Shown here: positions 25,709 to 37,686 of the stretch, piece by piece | How the letters are laid out: every line of letters starts with the position of its first letter | Position numbering within the stretch: the stretch's first letter is position 1 | DNA from: Torpedo marmorata | Taxonomy: Eukaryota | Length of the DNA: 64,000 bases | Assembly (NCBI GenBank): GCA_977017645.1 | Contig: OZ360225.1 | Location: 147,374,001-147,438,000, forward strand | Reading direction: 5' to 3' | Notes under the pieces: model-generated | Seen by the model: only the letters and a program-made list of their open reading frames with translations | The model's database searches: none | What the model was told of the DNA's origin: nothing | Position numbers and translations under genes: made by a program

Positions 25709-28524
25709 TCAGCAATTACATTTCCCTTTTATATGTGTTATTACCAAATCATATTTTTGCAAAATTAGACTCCAATTCAACAACCGTCGATTCTTATTTT
25801 TCATTTTAAAAAGAAAAACCAATGGATTATGGTCAGTATACACTATGAATGGTTTTTGAGCTGTACAGATATAAACATCAAAGTGTTGTAGAGCCAACAC
25901 AAGAGCCAACAACTCTTTTTCTATTGCTGAATAATTCCTTTGATGATCATTGAACTTCTTTGAGAAGTAGGATACAGGATGGTCAATGTCCTCTTCGTTC
26001 TTCTTCTGTAACAGCACCGCGCCCACAGCTTCATCGCTGGCATCCACGGCTAAAGAAAACGGCTGTTCTAAATTAGGTGACTTAAGCACAGGTTGGTGGC
26101 ATAACATGGCTTTCAATTTGACAAATGCTTCCTGACAACCTGTCGACCATACAAATGTTTCTCTCTTTCTAAGCAAATTTGTGAGAGGGAGCACAAGATC
26201 AGCAAAGTTTTTACAGAACTTGCGGTAGTAGCCAATCATTCCCAGGAACCTCCTCAGAGTTTACTTACCAGTTGGAACAGGGAACTCGGAAATAGTCACA
26301 ACCTTTTCCTCTACTGGCGCCAACTGCCCCTGTCCTACTACATAACCCAGAGAATTAACAGTCCCATGACCCTCTCTGAAACTGGTTTTATCTGTCTTCT
26401 CCTTACCCCTGTCAATAAGCAGCACCTCTGGTAAATATTCAGTCTCTTTGTGCGGCACCTGTTCAAGATATGGCTTAATCATATTCACATGACAGACCTG
26501 TGTGTCTCGTCTGCGATTAGGTGTTTCTATGACATAGGTGACATCATTAATTTTTGACTTAACTCTATAGGGTCCTGAAAATCTAGCCCTAAGAGGATTT
26601 GAATGGATGGGAAACAGAACTAATACGCTCTCACCAGGTTTAAAAGTTCTCATCTTAGCCTTTCGATCATACCAAACCTTCATTCTCTGTTGAGTGGCCT
26701 TTAAATTCTCCTTTGCCATCTCACAAGCCCTATGCAACTGATCCTTAAATTTGGAAACATAATCTAACAGATTTAAATGCACATCACTGTTAATCCACTG
26801 TTCTTTTAATAATCTTAAAGGACCTCTCACCTCATGTCCGAAAACTAACTCGAATGGACTAAAACCAAGTGATTCTTGGACAGACTCCCTCGCTGCAAAT
26901 AACAACAAATGAACCCCCTCATCCCAATCCTTTTCACAACAATAGGTTCTAATCATGTTTTTCAAAGTCAAATGGAACCTCTCCAAGGCCCCTTTACTTT
27001 CTGGATGGTACGCAGAGGATACAATCTGTTTAACTCCCAGTCCATCAACCACTTGTTGGAAAATGCCTGACATGAAATTACTGCCCTGATCTGATTGAAT
27101 TTCCCTTGGCAAACCTACCAAGGTGAAAAACTTTACCATAGCCTTTACAATTGACTTTGCTTTAATGTTTCTCAGAGGAATGGCCTCTGGAAATCTGGTG
27201 GCTGCACACATAATTGTTAACAAATACTCATTCCCCGCTTTGGTTTTGGGCAATGGGCCAACACATCCACAAACACTCTCGAGAAAGGCTCACTGAAAGC
27301 AGGGATAGGTTGCAAGGGTGCCACCGGGGGACTCTGATTAGGTTTACCCACCACCTGACAAGTGTGACAGGCCCGGAAAAAGCTTACAACCTCCCTTCTC
27401 AAACAGGGCCAATAAAATTGTTTCATTATCTTCCTTATAGTTTTCTTCACCCCAAGGTGACCACCAAAGGGTGTGCTATGAGCCAAAGTTATTATTGCAT
27501 CCCTATATACTTTAGGGATCACAACCTGCTGCACTACTGCCCATTCTTCATTGGCAGGAACATCACGTGGTCTCCACTTTCTCATCAACACCCCATCTTT
27601 TTCATAATAACCCACTGGCACCTTTTTAATCTCCTCTTCAGAGAGAACCTTATCCCTTACCTCAGCAAGATCAGGATCGTCCTTTTGCCTTGCTATTAGC
27701 TCCTGTCGGGATAGTGACAAATCTGTGCCTTTTGGTGTCTTATCAGTGGATGGGTGTAACACAGGAGATTGCTCAACCTTTTCCAGGTTTTCTTGATTAT
27801 CACTGACTTTTTCTTTCACCAATGTATTTTCCACTGCCTTCCCTACAGTGACATTTTTCTTAGACATGGCCCTGGTTATGGCACATGCCGGATAAATATC
27901 AGAGTCTTTCTCTGACTTATCAATGACTGGCTTAGTGGTCATTCGCACTGCAGGCACTACTTTACCCTTGGCCAAGTCATTGCCTAGCAACAGTGAGACT
28001 CCTTCCACTGGCAAGTCTGATCTCACTTCTATTATAACAGGTCCTTCCACCAAGGCTGAGTCCAACACAATTTTGTGCAAAGGAATGGACTCAACATCAC
28101 CCCCAATTCCTTTAATTAAATTCATGTCACCGGTGTTAGTAGCTTCATAAAATTCCAAGACACTATCTAACACAAGTGACTGAGCAGCTCCAGTATCTCG
28201 CAAGATTTTCACTGGAACTTCATTTGATCTTGCCTTAACTGAAACAAAACCATCAGTCACAAAAGGTTTAAATATATCCCTAACTTTGTCAGTAAATTTA
28301 TCTCCTTCCTGGGTGTAATGCCTCTTCTCACTCTGAATACAAGCATTAGGTGTTGCATCCTTTTCTCTCTTCTTTTTCAACACTGGACAGCTTGCTAGCA
28401 TATGACCAGCCTTCCTACAGTAGTGGCAAATGGGACCCGAAGGGTTATCCCTTTTCCACTTTCCTTCATCCCTTTCCTTAACACCACTTCCAAATTTACT
28501 TTCCACTTGCTTGGGATTATCCAC
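25709..28524 (-). pseudogene. Gmr1-type pol: zinc knuckle, protease, integrase, RT C-terminal stub, RNase H
   Basis: ORFs 27217-28524, 26261-27253 (SDQGSNF, SAYHPESKGALER) and 25709-26239 (AVDASD, YTDHNPL). Confidence 0.9.
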
Positions 28525-28784
28525 ATTGACCTTTTGGAAAATTCTGCCTGACGTCCACTTAGGCTTGTGGGTTAAAGCTTATTCATCTGCTAACTTAGCT
28601 GAATTTTGCCAAGCTTTCACCTCCTTTTCATCTAAGTATGCCTTAATATCCTCAGGAACACACCTTTTTATCTCCTCAGTCATTATCAATTCTCTCAATT
28701 GATTGTAATCATTGTTTACCGCCTTAGATGTGCACAACCGGTCAAAACACACAACCTTTTCATAGGCAACCTCTGTGTAAGATT

Positions 28785-29897
28785 AAAGTAAAAAACACAA
28801 ATGCTGGAGAAACTCAGCAGGTCAAATAGTGTCTTTTATGTAGCAAAGGTAGAAATACATAACCGACGTTTCGGGCTTGAGCCCTTCATCAAAGTATGAG
28901 AAAATGCTGGTAGGCGTCCGAACAAAAGAGTGAGGGGGGAAGGGGGATGGCAAAGGCAGGAGATGATAGGTGGAGAAAGGAGGGAGGGGACAGCAGCAAA
29001 GAGGGGGAGGAGGGATGGCTAGGTAGCTGGAGAAAAACAGGAAGGACAGGTGAGGGGGGAGGGGAAGGGAACGACAAGCAGGTTTAGTGGACAGCAGAAA
29101 AGTCAATGTTAATGCCTTCTGGCTGGAGAGTGCCGAGACGGAATATGAGATGTTGTTCCTGCAATTTGCGGGTAGTCTGGGTGGGATAGTACATGAGGCC
29201 ATGGACAGACATGTGAGTGTGGGAGTGTGACCCGGAATTGAAATGGTTGGCTACTGGGAGGTCGCTGTTGTTGCGGACGGAGAGGAGGTGCTCAGCAAAG
29301 CGGTCTCCCAATCTACGACCGGTCTCTCCAATGTAGAGAAAGCCACAAAGGGAGCACCGGATGCAGTAAATACGTTCTCTGGATGTACAAGTGAAGTGTA
29401 GTTTCACTTGGAAGGCCTGTTTGGGGCCCTGGACCATGGTGAGGGGGGAGGTGTGGGTGCAGGTGTTGCACCTCCTGCGGGCACAGGGGAAGGTGCCAGG
29501 GTGTGAAGGGTTGGGAGGGATGCGTGCACGAGTGAATCGCGGAGGGAGCGGTCCCTACGGAAGGCCGAGAGGGGAGGAGAAGGAAAAATGTGTCTGGTGG
29601 TAGGATCCTGTAGTAAGTGCCGGAAATTCCGGCGGATAATGTGTTGGATGCGGAGGCTGGTGGGGTGGTAGGTGAGGATGAGGGGGATTCTATGTTTGTT
29701 GCGTCTGGGGGCAGAGGGGGCCAGGGCAGATGAGCGGGAAATGGAGGAGATGCGGGTGAGGGCTGAGTTGATGGTGTTGGAGGGGAAGCCACGTTTGTGG
29801 AAAAGGCAGACATTTCAGAAGATCTGGAGTGGAACACCTCATCTTGGGAACAGATGCGGCGGAGGCGGAGAAATTGAGAGAAGGGGATGGAGTCCAA
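28785..29897 (-). mobile_element. Penelope-like element (RT C-terminus, GIY-YIG endonuclease, pLTR) inserted in the Gmr1 gag
   Basis: SIPFSQFLRLRRICS and IYCIRCSLCGFLYIGETGRRLGDRFAEH; 13-bp TSD TCTGTGTAAGATT. Confidence 0.93.
28858..28899 (-). ncRNA. Minimal type I hammerhead ribozyme (C3U variant) in the Penelope pLTR
   Basis: CAUACU-UUGAUGA-A-GGGC(UCAA)GCCC-GAAACGUC-GGUUAUG: core boxes, stem II, palindromic ACGU stem III, bulged stem I. Confidence 0.7.
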
Positions 29898-30285
29898 TCT
29901 GTGTAAGATTGGTTTGCTGATCTTTTTAAATTTCTAAACTTCTGTCTATAAGCCTCTGGAACTAACTCATAAGCCTGGAGTATAGCCTTTTTCACCGTTT
30001 CATAATCAGCAGCTTGCTCCGTGGTAAGAGTAGAATAAGCTTGCTGAGCTTTTCCTTTTATTACACTTTGTAACATAAGAGACCATTGGTCTTGTGGCCA
30101 TTTTAATTTCACAGCCACCTTCTCAAAATGCTGGAAGTACTTATCTATTTCTGCCTCCTCAAATGGAGGAACCAACCTAACTTCTCTACTTGCCAAAAAC
30201 CCCTCAACAGGATGACAAATTTGATCTTTTTGCTCTTCTCGTCTCCTCTTATTTTCCAACCTCATCTTTTCCAGCTCATATTTCC

Positions 30286-32268
30286 ATAGACCTAAATGAA
30301 TATGCAACAGGTGTCACCGACTTCATCAAGACCTGCGTGGATGAGTGTGGGCCCATGCGCAAATACCGCGTGTTCCCCAACCAGAAGCCCTGCATGAATC
30401 AGAGAATTCGCAACCTGCTGAGGACGAGAACAAGGGCGTTTAAGGCCGGGGACCGGGATCTTTACAAGAAGTCCAGGCACGACCAGCGGAAGGCCATCTC
30501 TGAAGCAAAGTGGCAATTCCAGAGGAAGCTGGAGACAGAGACAGATACACGCCAGCTATGGCAGGGAGTGCAGGCCATAACAGCCTACAAAGCTCGGGCG
30601 AACACTATAGACGGCTGTGATGCTTCACAACCCGATGAGCTGAACACCTTCTATGCCCGCTTTGAGAAGAAGAACAAAACAGTGCCTACTAGAATCCCTG
30701 AAAAGGCTGAGGACCCTGTGATATCTGCCTCTGAGGGCGACGTCAGGACATCATTCAAGAGGGTGAACCCTCGCAAGGCGTCAGGCCCTGACGGCGTACC
30801 TGGCAGGGTACTGAAAATCTGCACCAACCAACTAGCCGGAGTGTTCACGGACATTTTCAACCTCTCATTGCGGCAGTCAGAGGTTCCCACCTGCTTCAAA
30901 AGGACATCAATCATCCCAGTACCCAAGAACAGTAGTGTGGGCTGCCTCAACGACTACCACCCAGTAGCACTAACTTCTACTGTGATGAAATGCTTTGAGA
31001 GGCTGGTCATGGCCAGAATTAACACATACCTGAGCAAAGATCTGGACCCACTGCAATTCGCCTATCGTCACAATCGCTCCACAGCAGATGCAATATCGCT
31101 GGCTCTCCACTCAGCTCTGGATCACCTCAAAAACAGCAATTCATACATACGGCTGCTCTTCATCGACAACAGCTTGGCCTTCAATAACATTATTCCCTCA
31201 GTGCTGGTCAAGAAGCTACAAACTCTAGGCCTCTGTACCCACCTCTGCAACTGGATCCTTGACTTTCTCATCGGAAGACCACAGTCAGTACGAATTGGAA
31301 ACAACGTCTCCTCCTCACTGATTATCAACACAGGCGCACCCCAAGGATGCGTTCTTAGTCCATTGCTCTACTCGTTATACACCCATGAATGTGTGGCCTG
31401 GCACAATTCCAATGCCATCTACAAGTTTGCCGATGACACCACAGTTGTCGGCAGAATCACAAACGGCAATGAGGAAGCATACAGGAGGGAGATAGATCAG
31501 CTCGTTGAATGGTGTTATGGCAACAACCTTGAGCTCAACGTCAGCAAAACCAAGGAGATGATTGTGGACTTCAGGAGGAAGTCAGGGGAAGACAACCAAG
31601 TCCTCATCGAGGGCTCAGTAGTGGAGAGGGTCAACAACTTCAAATTCCTGGGTGTCAACATCTCCGAGGATCTGTCCTGGAGCATCCACATTGATGCAAT
31701 CACAAAGAAGGCTCGTCAGCGGCTATACTTTGTGAGGTGTCTGCGGAGATTCGGTATGTCACCAAAGACTCTTGTAAACTTATACAGGTGTACCGTGGAG
31801 AGCATTCTGGCTGGTTGCATCACTGCCTGGTATGGAGGCGCCAACTCCCAGGACAAGAGTAAACTCCAGAGGGTTGTTAACTCAGCCTGTGACATCACAG
31901 GCACCAAACTTCACTCCATCGAGGACATCTACATGAGGCGGTGTCTTAAAAAAGCAGCCTCTATCCTCAAAGATCCCCACCACCCAGGCCATGCCCTCTT
32001 CACTCTGCTTCCATCGGGAAAAAGGTACAGGAGCCTAAAGACAAGCACTCAACGGCACAAGGACAGCTTCTTCCCCGCTGCCATCAGATTCCTGAATAAT
32101 CAATGAACCAAAGACACTGCCTTACTTTTCGTGCACTATTGTTTATAATTTTTTATAGTAATGTCGTAAGATGGTTAATATGAATGTTAATTGCACTATG
32201 ATGCTGCCGCAAAACACCGAATTTCATGACTTGTTCATGACAATAAATTCTGATTCTGATTCTGATTC
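30286..32268 (+). mobile_element. Rex1/Babar LINE, 5'-truncated, with an open RT ORF (to 32106)
   Basis: GPDG, ALTSTVMKCFERL, GAPQGCVLSPLLY, KFADD; 3' AATAAA plus (TTCTGA)n tail; interrupts the Gmr1 gag. Confidence 0.93.
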
Positions 32269-32289
32269 TATTTTTCTCCTCGTTCTCTA

Positions 32290-32470
32290 AGTCTAATCTC
32301 CTTTGTTCCAATTCCGTGTCTATTTTCTTTTGTTCCCTGGCTACCTCCAAGTCTAATCTCTTTTGTTCCCTGGCTACCTCCATTCTAATCTCTTTTGTTC
32401 CATGGCTACCTCCAATTCTAATTTCTTTTGTTCCCTGGCTGCCTCCAATTCCAATTTCTTTAGTTCCAAC
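32290..32470 (-). repeat. 33-bp coding tandem repeat (LEVAREQKRLD-like coiled coil) in the Gmr1 gag
   Basis: TTTTGTTCCCTGGCTACCTCC repeats about five times. Confidence 0.8.
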
Positions 32471-32813
32471 TGTATGTTTTCAGAAGTTTTACCCTTGGGA
32501 AACTGCTCTAACACTCTCTCCTCAAACTTTTTTTCTTTTATATAGTATTTGACAATTTTTCTCCCAATCTCTGCCTTTTTCATAGATGGTTTTACTGAAG
32601 CAATGCCCAATTTTGTTGCTATAGACACTAACTGTTCCTTTTACACCTTTTTTAAAGTATCAGGTTCAGGTGATTCCAAAAATTTTCCTACATCCATTGT
32701 TGCTGGTTTTTCGTTACACACACACTCGCTTTTTAATTATCTTTACAAAAGGAATGTCTTAAACCAGACTGGGATTCCTTCAATTACCAAGATGGATTTT
32801 GATTCAAATCCAA

Positions 32814-32826
32814 GGACGAGCCCCCA
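32814..32826 (-). promoter_or_regulatory. tRNA-Pro primer-binding site
   Basis: Minus strand reads TGGGGGCTCGTCC 4 nt after the 5' LTR, identical to the first 13 nt of the MLV tRNA-Pro PBS. Confidence 0.9.
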
Positions 32827-35130
32827 ATTTTGTTACAAATTCAAACCAGCAACGACAGAAGACGCAATGCAAAAGGGTTAAAATTGAAATTTATATTTAT
32901 TAAATTAAACATATAATTTCACAACAATTAACCCCACAATAAACATCTCTAAACACTATTCTTATCTAAAAGGTGTGTGTGTGTGTGTGTGTGTATAAAG
33001 CCCAGACCATTACAGTCTGTGCCCAACCCTCATGTAAAAAAAAAATGGAAAAACCTTCCCCAAAAACCCCAGGTCAGTCATAAAAACAAGTCAGTCCCAA
33101 AAATACAGTCCACAAAAATTCACTCTCTATGTTCAGGGTCCAAATTCAGCTCTGTGTGCTGGCAAGCAAGACTTCTTAATGAACGTTGGAGAGAGAGACA
33201 ATGACTGTTTATGCTTACGAATGCTTGGCTTGCTTTTCTTCTCTGATGACCTTCCCTTCTGGTGTTTTCACAAGGATTGCGAATCCAGATCCGTTTTGGA
33301 TTGAGGCATATACTTGGATCTCACAGCCTGTTCTTCACAAAAGCTGCTCTCAACTCAGAATTTTGCTGAATCACCAAGGCCTTGCCTCTGGTCCCAACCT
33401 TTTCCTCTGGGATGCACAAGCCTGGATTTTCTGATTCAAGAGGCTCTGTGTTCTTCTCACAACATCTTCTCTGGGATGCACAAGCCTGGATCCTGTTGAG
33501 TTCTCCCGCCTTTGCAACTCCAAAACTGCCACCGATTCAATTTTCCACGACTGAACTTTTAGGCCTCCCTGCAGAGAGTCTCCAGCTCCCTTTTCAAAAG
33601 TTCAACAACCAAGTATATTTCCACAGTGTGTCTCCCCCTGGTGCCTCTCTCTGGTAAATACAAGAAGTCCTGGGCAAGTTAACTCTTTCAGTACCAGGTC
33701 CCAGTGTGTACTCCAAAAGACTTCATCCTTCCTGCTGAGCGTCCGCAGTCCAAATGGTCAGTCAAAGTCCATAACAATTTTCAGAAATTTTCACAAAACA
33801 TTAATAAACCATCACGAAGTATACACGTTTCAAACATATCGAATACAGAATACATTACCCCGCTTAACCCTCCCTTCCCCACCAAAAAAAGGAAAAAAAT
33901 AAAGAAATCCAAATCAAAAAGAAAAAGAAAAGAAAACTTAACATACCGTCAGTGCTTACAGCTTTTGTAAATATTTGTGGATGTCACACCCTTAAAATAA
34001 TTATACATTACATTATACCATACCTCAGAGGTTTGATTACAACTGAGCACCAATGTGCTCCAAGTACGGTTGCCACACTTTAACAAAGTTATCGTACTTA
34101 TTTCTAAGACTATATGTAATTTTTCCCATGGGGATGCAGCTGTACATTTCCGTAGACCATCGAGTGATGACAAGGGGGGAGTCGGACTTCCAAGTAACTG
34201 CAATGCATTTTTTTGCCACGGACAGAGCAACTTTTACAAATTGAATTTGGAATTAGGATAATCTGTTGCTTATGTCCATGAGGTTTTCTAAAAGATACAA
34301 CTCCGGGTCTAGTGGAAAGGCTACTCCCGTAATCCTAGTTAGTACGTTAGCGAAATCATGCCAAAAGGGCCTTACCTTTGCACATGATCAAGTGGAGTGT
34401 GAAAAGGATCCATTTTCTATACCACACCTGAAACACATTTCTGATATTTCTGGTTTTGACGTGTAGTTTTTGTGGTGTAAGATACAATTGGTGTAGGAAA
34501 TTATAATGAACCAGCCTATATCTGGCATTAATGACTGCTGTCATGCTATCTAAACACCAGTCTGACCAGCATCGTTCGTGAATTGTTATGCCCAAGTCCG
34601 ATTCCCACCTCTCTCTCGATCTTTGTAGGCCCGGCTTTGGGCTTTCGCTTTGCAGTACGAAATACATTCTAGATATTAATTTAGGTGCATTTCCCAATCG
34701 AAGCAACTCTTCCATTTCATGACACCTAGGTGGGGTCATTGTAGGACCCCATCTATCCCTCAAGAAGGACCTTAGTTGAAGAAAACAGTAAAAGGTTCCA
34801 TTAGACAAATCATATTTACTCTTCAATTGGTCAAAAGACATAAGTTGTCCTTTCTCATAACAATCTTCAATATATCTGGTGCCAGATATTTAAGATTTTG
34901 TTACCCAACGCCATGGGTATAGTTTCATTTTGGATCAAAGGTGGCTTTGGTGATATTTCCACCCTTCCTCCAGCACATTCATTGATTTCCTGCCAAATCT
35001 TAATCATGTGTTTTAGAATGGGGTTGTCCGTTCTTCCAGATATTAATTTGGTGTTCCATTTGTAAATAAAATATTTCGCTATTTTCTCTCCCATGGTGTG
35101 TAGTCCAATTTGGACCCACGAGGGGGGATC

Positions 35131-35800
35131 CATGCCTTGCATGGATATCTGCAGTGAATGGGAGGTTGGAGCCTGTTATGGACCTGGCTGCGTTTGCTTC
35201 CTCCTGCAGCCTTCTGCATTCCTGGGCACTTGAATTACCAAACCGGGCTGTGATGAAACCAGTCGGTATTCTTTGAGAGATTGTTATCTTATTATTTTGG
35301 CACCATGCCACTGGACTTGTAATCTATTCCTCCTCATCGTTATTTGATACCCGGCTCATTACTCTGATTTCATCAGCAAATCTTAAGATGGTGTTGGAAC
35401 AGTATTTAGTTGTACAGTATTTAGCTGTAAAGTTGTGGGTGCAGAGGGAATATGGTGAGGGACAGACTACACCTCCTTGAGGAGTGCCTGTGTTGAGTGT
35501 GATCGTGGAGGAGATGTTGTTACCCATCTTCACAGGAAGTCCAGTTGTGGGGGCTGGGGGCAACATGCTGCAGCCTGCATCTCAAAGTTTAGGGAAGAGT
35601 TTTTTGGGGACCATGGTAGTGAATGCAAAGCTGTAGCCTATCAACATAAGTTTGATATTGCTGTCCTTGGTGTCTAAGATTTCTCGGCTGAGTGGAGAGC
35701 GAGGGAGATGGCATCTTCCACACATCTGTTTGGCTGGTAGGCAAATGGAACTGCAGAATCATAGTCATTAATATTGACAAAGCTGCTGAGAGTCTCTAAT
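35131..35800 (-). mobile_element. Old Rex1-like LINE fragment; continues at about 24516-24590
   Basis: NNISSTITLNTGTPQG...ILRFADE ORF at 35324-35566. Confidence 0.7.
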
Positions 35801-36189
35801 GACTTAGTGACTGCGTTAATAGGGTCTGTCTGTGAAGCTCTCCATTAATTTGGGTGCATATAAGGGGGAAAAGGTCGTGCTTGCAAATATGATGTAATAA
35901 ATTCCAACCTATTCAATTGTGAACAGTAAAATACTCAATATGAAAACCAGATAACAAATTGCTAAAATTCATAGGAATAAAAAACTAAAAAGACATTTGA
36001 GGCATGACAAAGGTAAAATAGGAAGCCTGGTACCTGATGAAGTGGAAGACAGTACAAGCTATCTAGCTCAAATCAGTGATATTGGAAACCTTATGACAAA
36101 GAACAAGATACCTTAAATTTGTGCATTGAACACAGAAAATATATAGTGTCAATAGCAGAGAAATAGTGTAAAGAGCAGAGAAATGGCAG

Positions 36190-36637
36190 ATGGCTTTTAC
36201 TCCGTACGTATGAGTTATAGCACTTTGGGAGGTCAGATGTAAAGGGATCGTATACGGTTAATGGGAGAACTCTTAATATGTGCAGAGGGATCTGGGAGTT
36301 CAGGTCCATAGCTCATTAATAGTGGCCATGCAAGTAGAAAGGGTGGTAAAGAGGTTTATGGTATGCTTGCCTTCCTGGGGCAGCAGTGGGGTTTTAATGT
36401 GAAGAAGGCATGTTGCAGCTATGTAAATTTTGGTTAGGCCACACTTGGAGTATTGTGTGCAATTCAGGTTGTCCCATTACAGGAAGATTGTAGCGGCTTT
36501 GGAAAGAGTAGAAAAGTGACTTACCAGTTTCTTGCCTCAACTGGAGGTATGAACTCTGGGGAGAAATTGCACAAACTTGGGTTGTTTTCTCTGGAGTGTT
36601 GGAGGTTGAGGTGAGACCTGATAGAAGTTTATAAAAT
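36190..36637 (+). mobile_element. CR1 fragment
   Basis: GTTAGGCCACACTTGGAGTATTGTGTGC and GACCTGATAGAAGTTTATAAAATC. Confidence 0.7.
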
Positions 36638-36798
36638 CACTGCTAATTAACTCTAATACCCAATTTCTTACAACTAATCACCACTTAACCTAGCCCTAGG
36701 CCCGAAAAAGCTCCCTTTTTAAACAATTTTACAACTCCAAAATACTTACTCACAAAGCACCAGTCACTCCTCCCACTCCAACACTCCAACGCAACACT

Positions 36799-37686
36799 CC
36801 ATGACTGTGTGGCCAGGCACAATTCCAATGCCATCTACAAGTTTACCGATGACACCACAGTTGTCGGCAGAATCACAAACGGCAATGAGGAAGCGTACAG
36901 GAGGGAGATAGATCAGCTCGTTGAATGGTGTAATGACAACAACCTTGAGCTCAACGTCAGCAAAACCAAGGAGATGATTGTGGACTTCAGGAGGAAGTCG
37001 GGGAACATGACCCAGTCCTCATCGAGGGCTCAGTAGTGGAGAGGGTCAAGAACTTCAAATTCCTGGGTGTCAACATCTCCAAGGATCTGTCCTGGAGCAT
37101 CCACATTGATGCAATCACATAGAAGGCTCGTCAGCGGCTATACTTTGTGAGGTGTCTGCGGAGATTCGGTATGTCACCGAAGACTCTCGTAAACTTCTAC
37201 AGGTGTACGGTGGAGAGCATTCTGGCTGGTTGCATCACTGCCTGGTATGGAGGCGCCAACTCTCAGGACAAGAGCAAACACCAGAGGGTTGTTAACTCGG
37301 CCTGTGACATCACAGGCACCAAACTTCACTCCATTGAGGATATCTACATGAGGCGGTGTCTTAAAAAAGCAGCCTCTATCCTCAAAGGACCCCCACCACC
37401 CAGGCCATGCCCTCTTCACTCTGCTTCCATCGGGAAAAAGGTACAGGAGCCTAAAGACGAGCACTCAACGGCACAAGGACAGCTTCTTCCCCGCTGCCAT
37501 CAGATTCCTGAATAATCAATGAACCAAAGACACTGCCTTACTTTTCGTGCACTACGGTATTATTTATAATTTTTATAGTAATGTCGTAAGATGGTTAATA
37601 TGAATGTTAATTGCACTATGATGCTGCCGCAAAACACCGAATTTCATGACTTGTTCATGACAATAAATTCTGATTCTGATTCTGAT
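36799..37686 (+). mobile_element. Second 5'-truncated copy of the Rex1/Babar LINE
   Basis: Near-identical to 31383-32268, including the (TTCTGA)n tail; carries frameshifts and a stop. Confidence 0.92.

Larger units (their letters stand above)
24628..33776 (-). mobile_element. Gmr1-type Gypsy LTR retrotransposon (gag-PR-IN-[RT deleted]-RH) with two nested insertions
   Basis: 5' LTR 32831-33776 and 3' LTR 24628-25561; 4-bp TSD ATTT; tRNA-Pro PBS; PPT 25562-25573; CCHC knuckle, LRDTGA protease, integrase upstream of RNase H. Confidence 0.95.
24591..35130 (-). mobile_element. 5'-truncated L1/Tx1-like LINE (24591-24627 plus 33777-35130) split by the Gmr1 element
   Basis: A-rich tail; ORF2 C-terminal pieces (RYRLVHYNFLHQLYLTP, KKCIAVTWKS, EKITYSLRNK) homologous to 58107-59555. 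Confidence 0.8.

Noticed and set aside
30190-30285. N-terminus of the 638-aa ORF as part of the Rex1 protein
   Set aside because: It is antisense read-through of the host Gmr1 gag; the LINE starts at about 30286.
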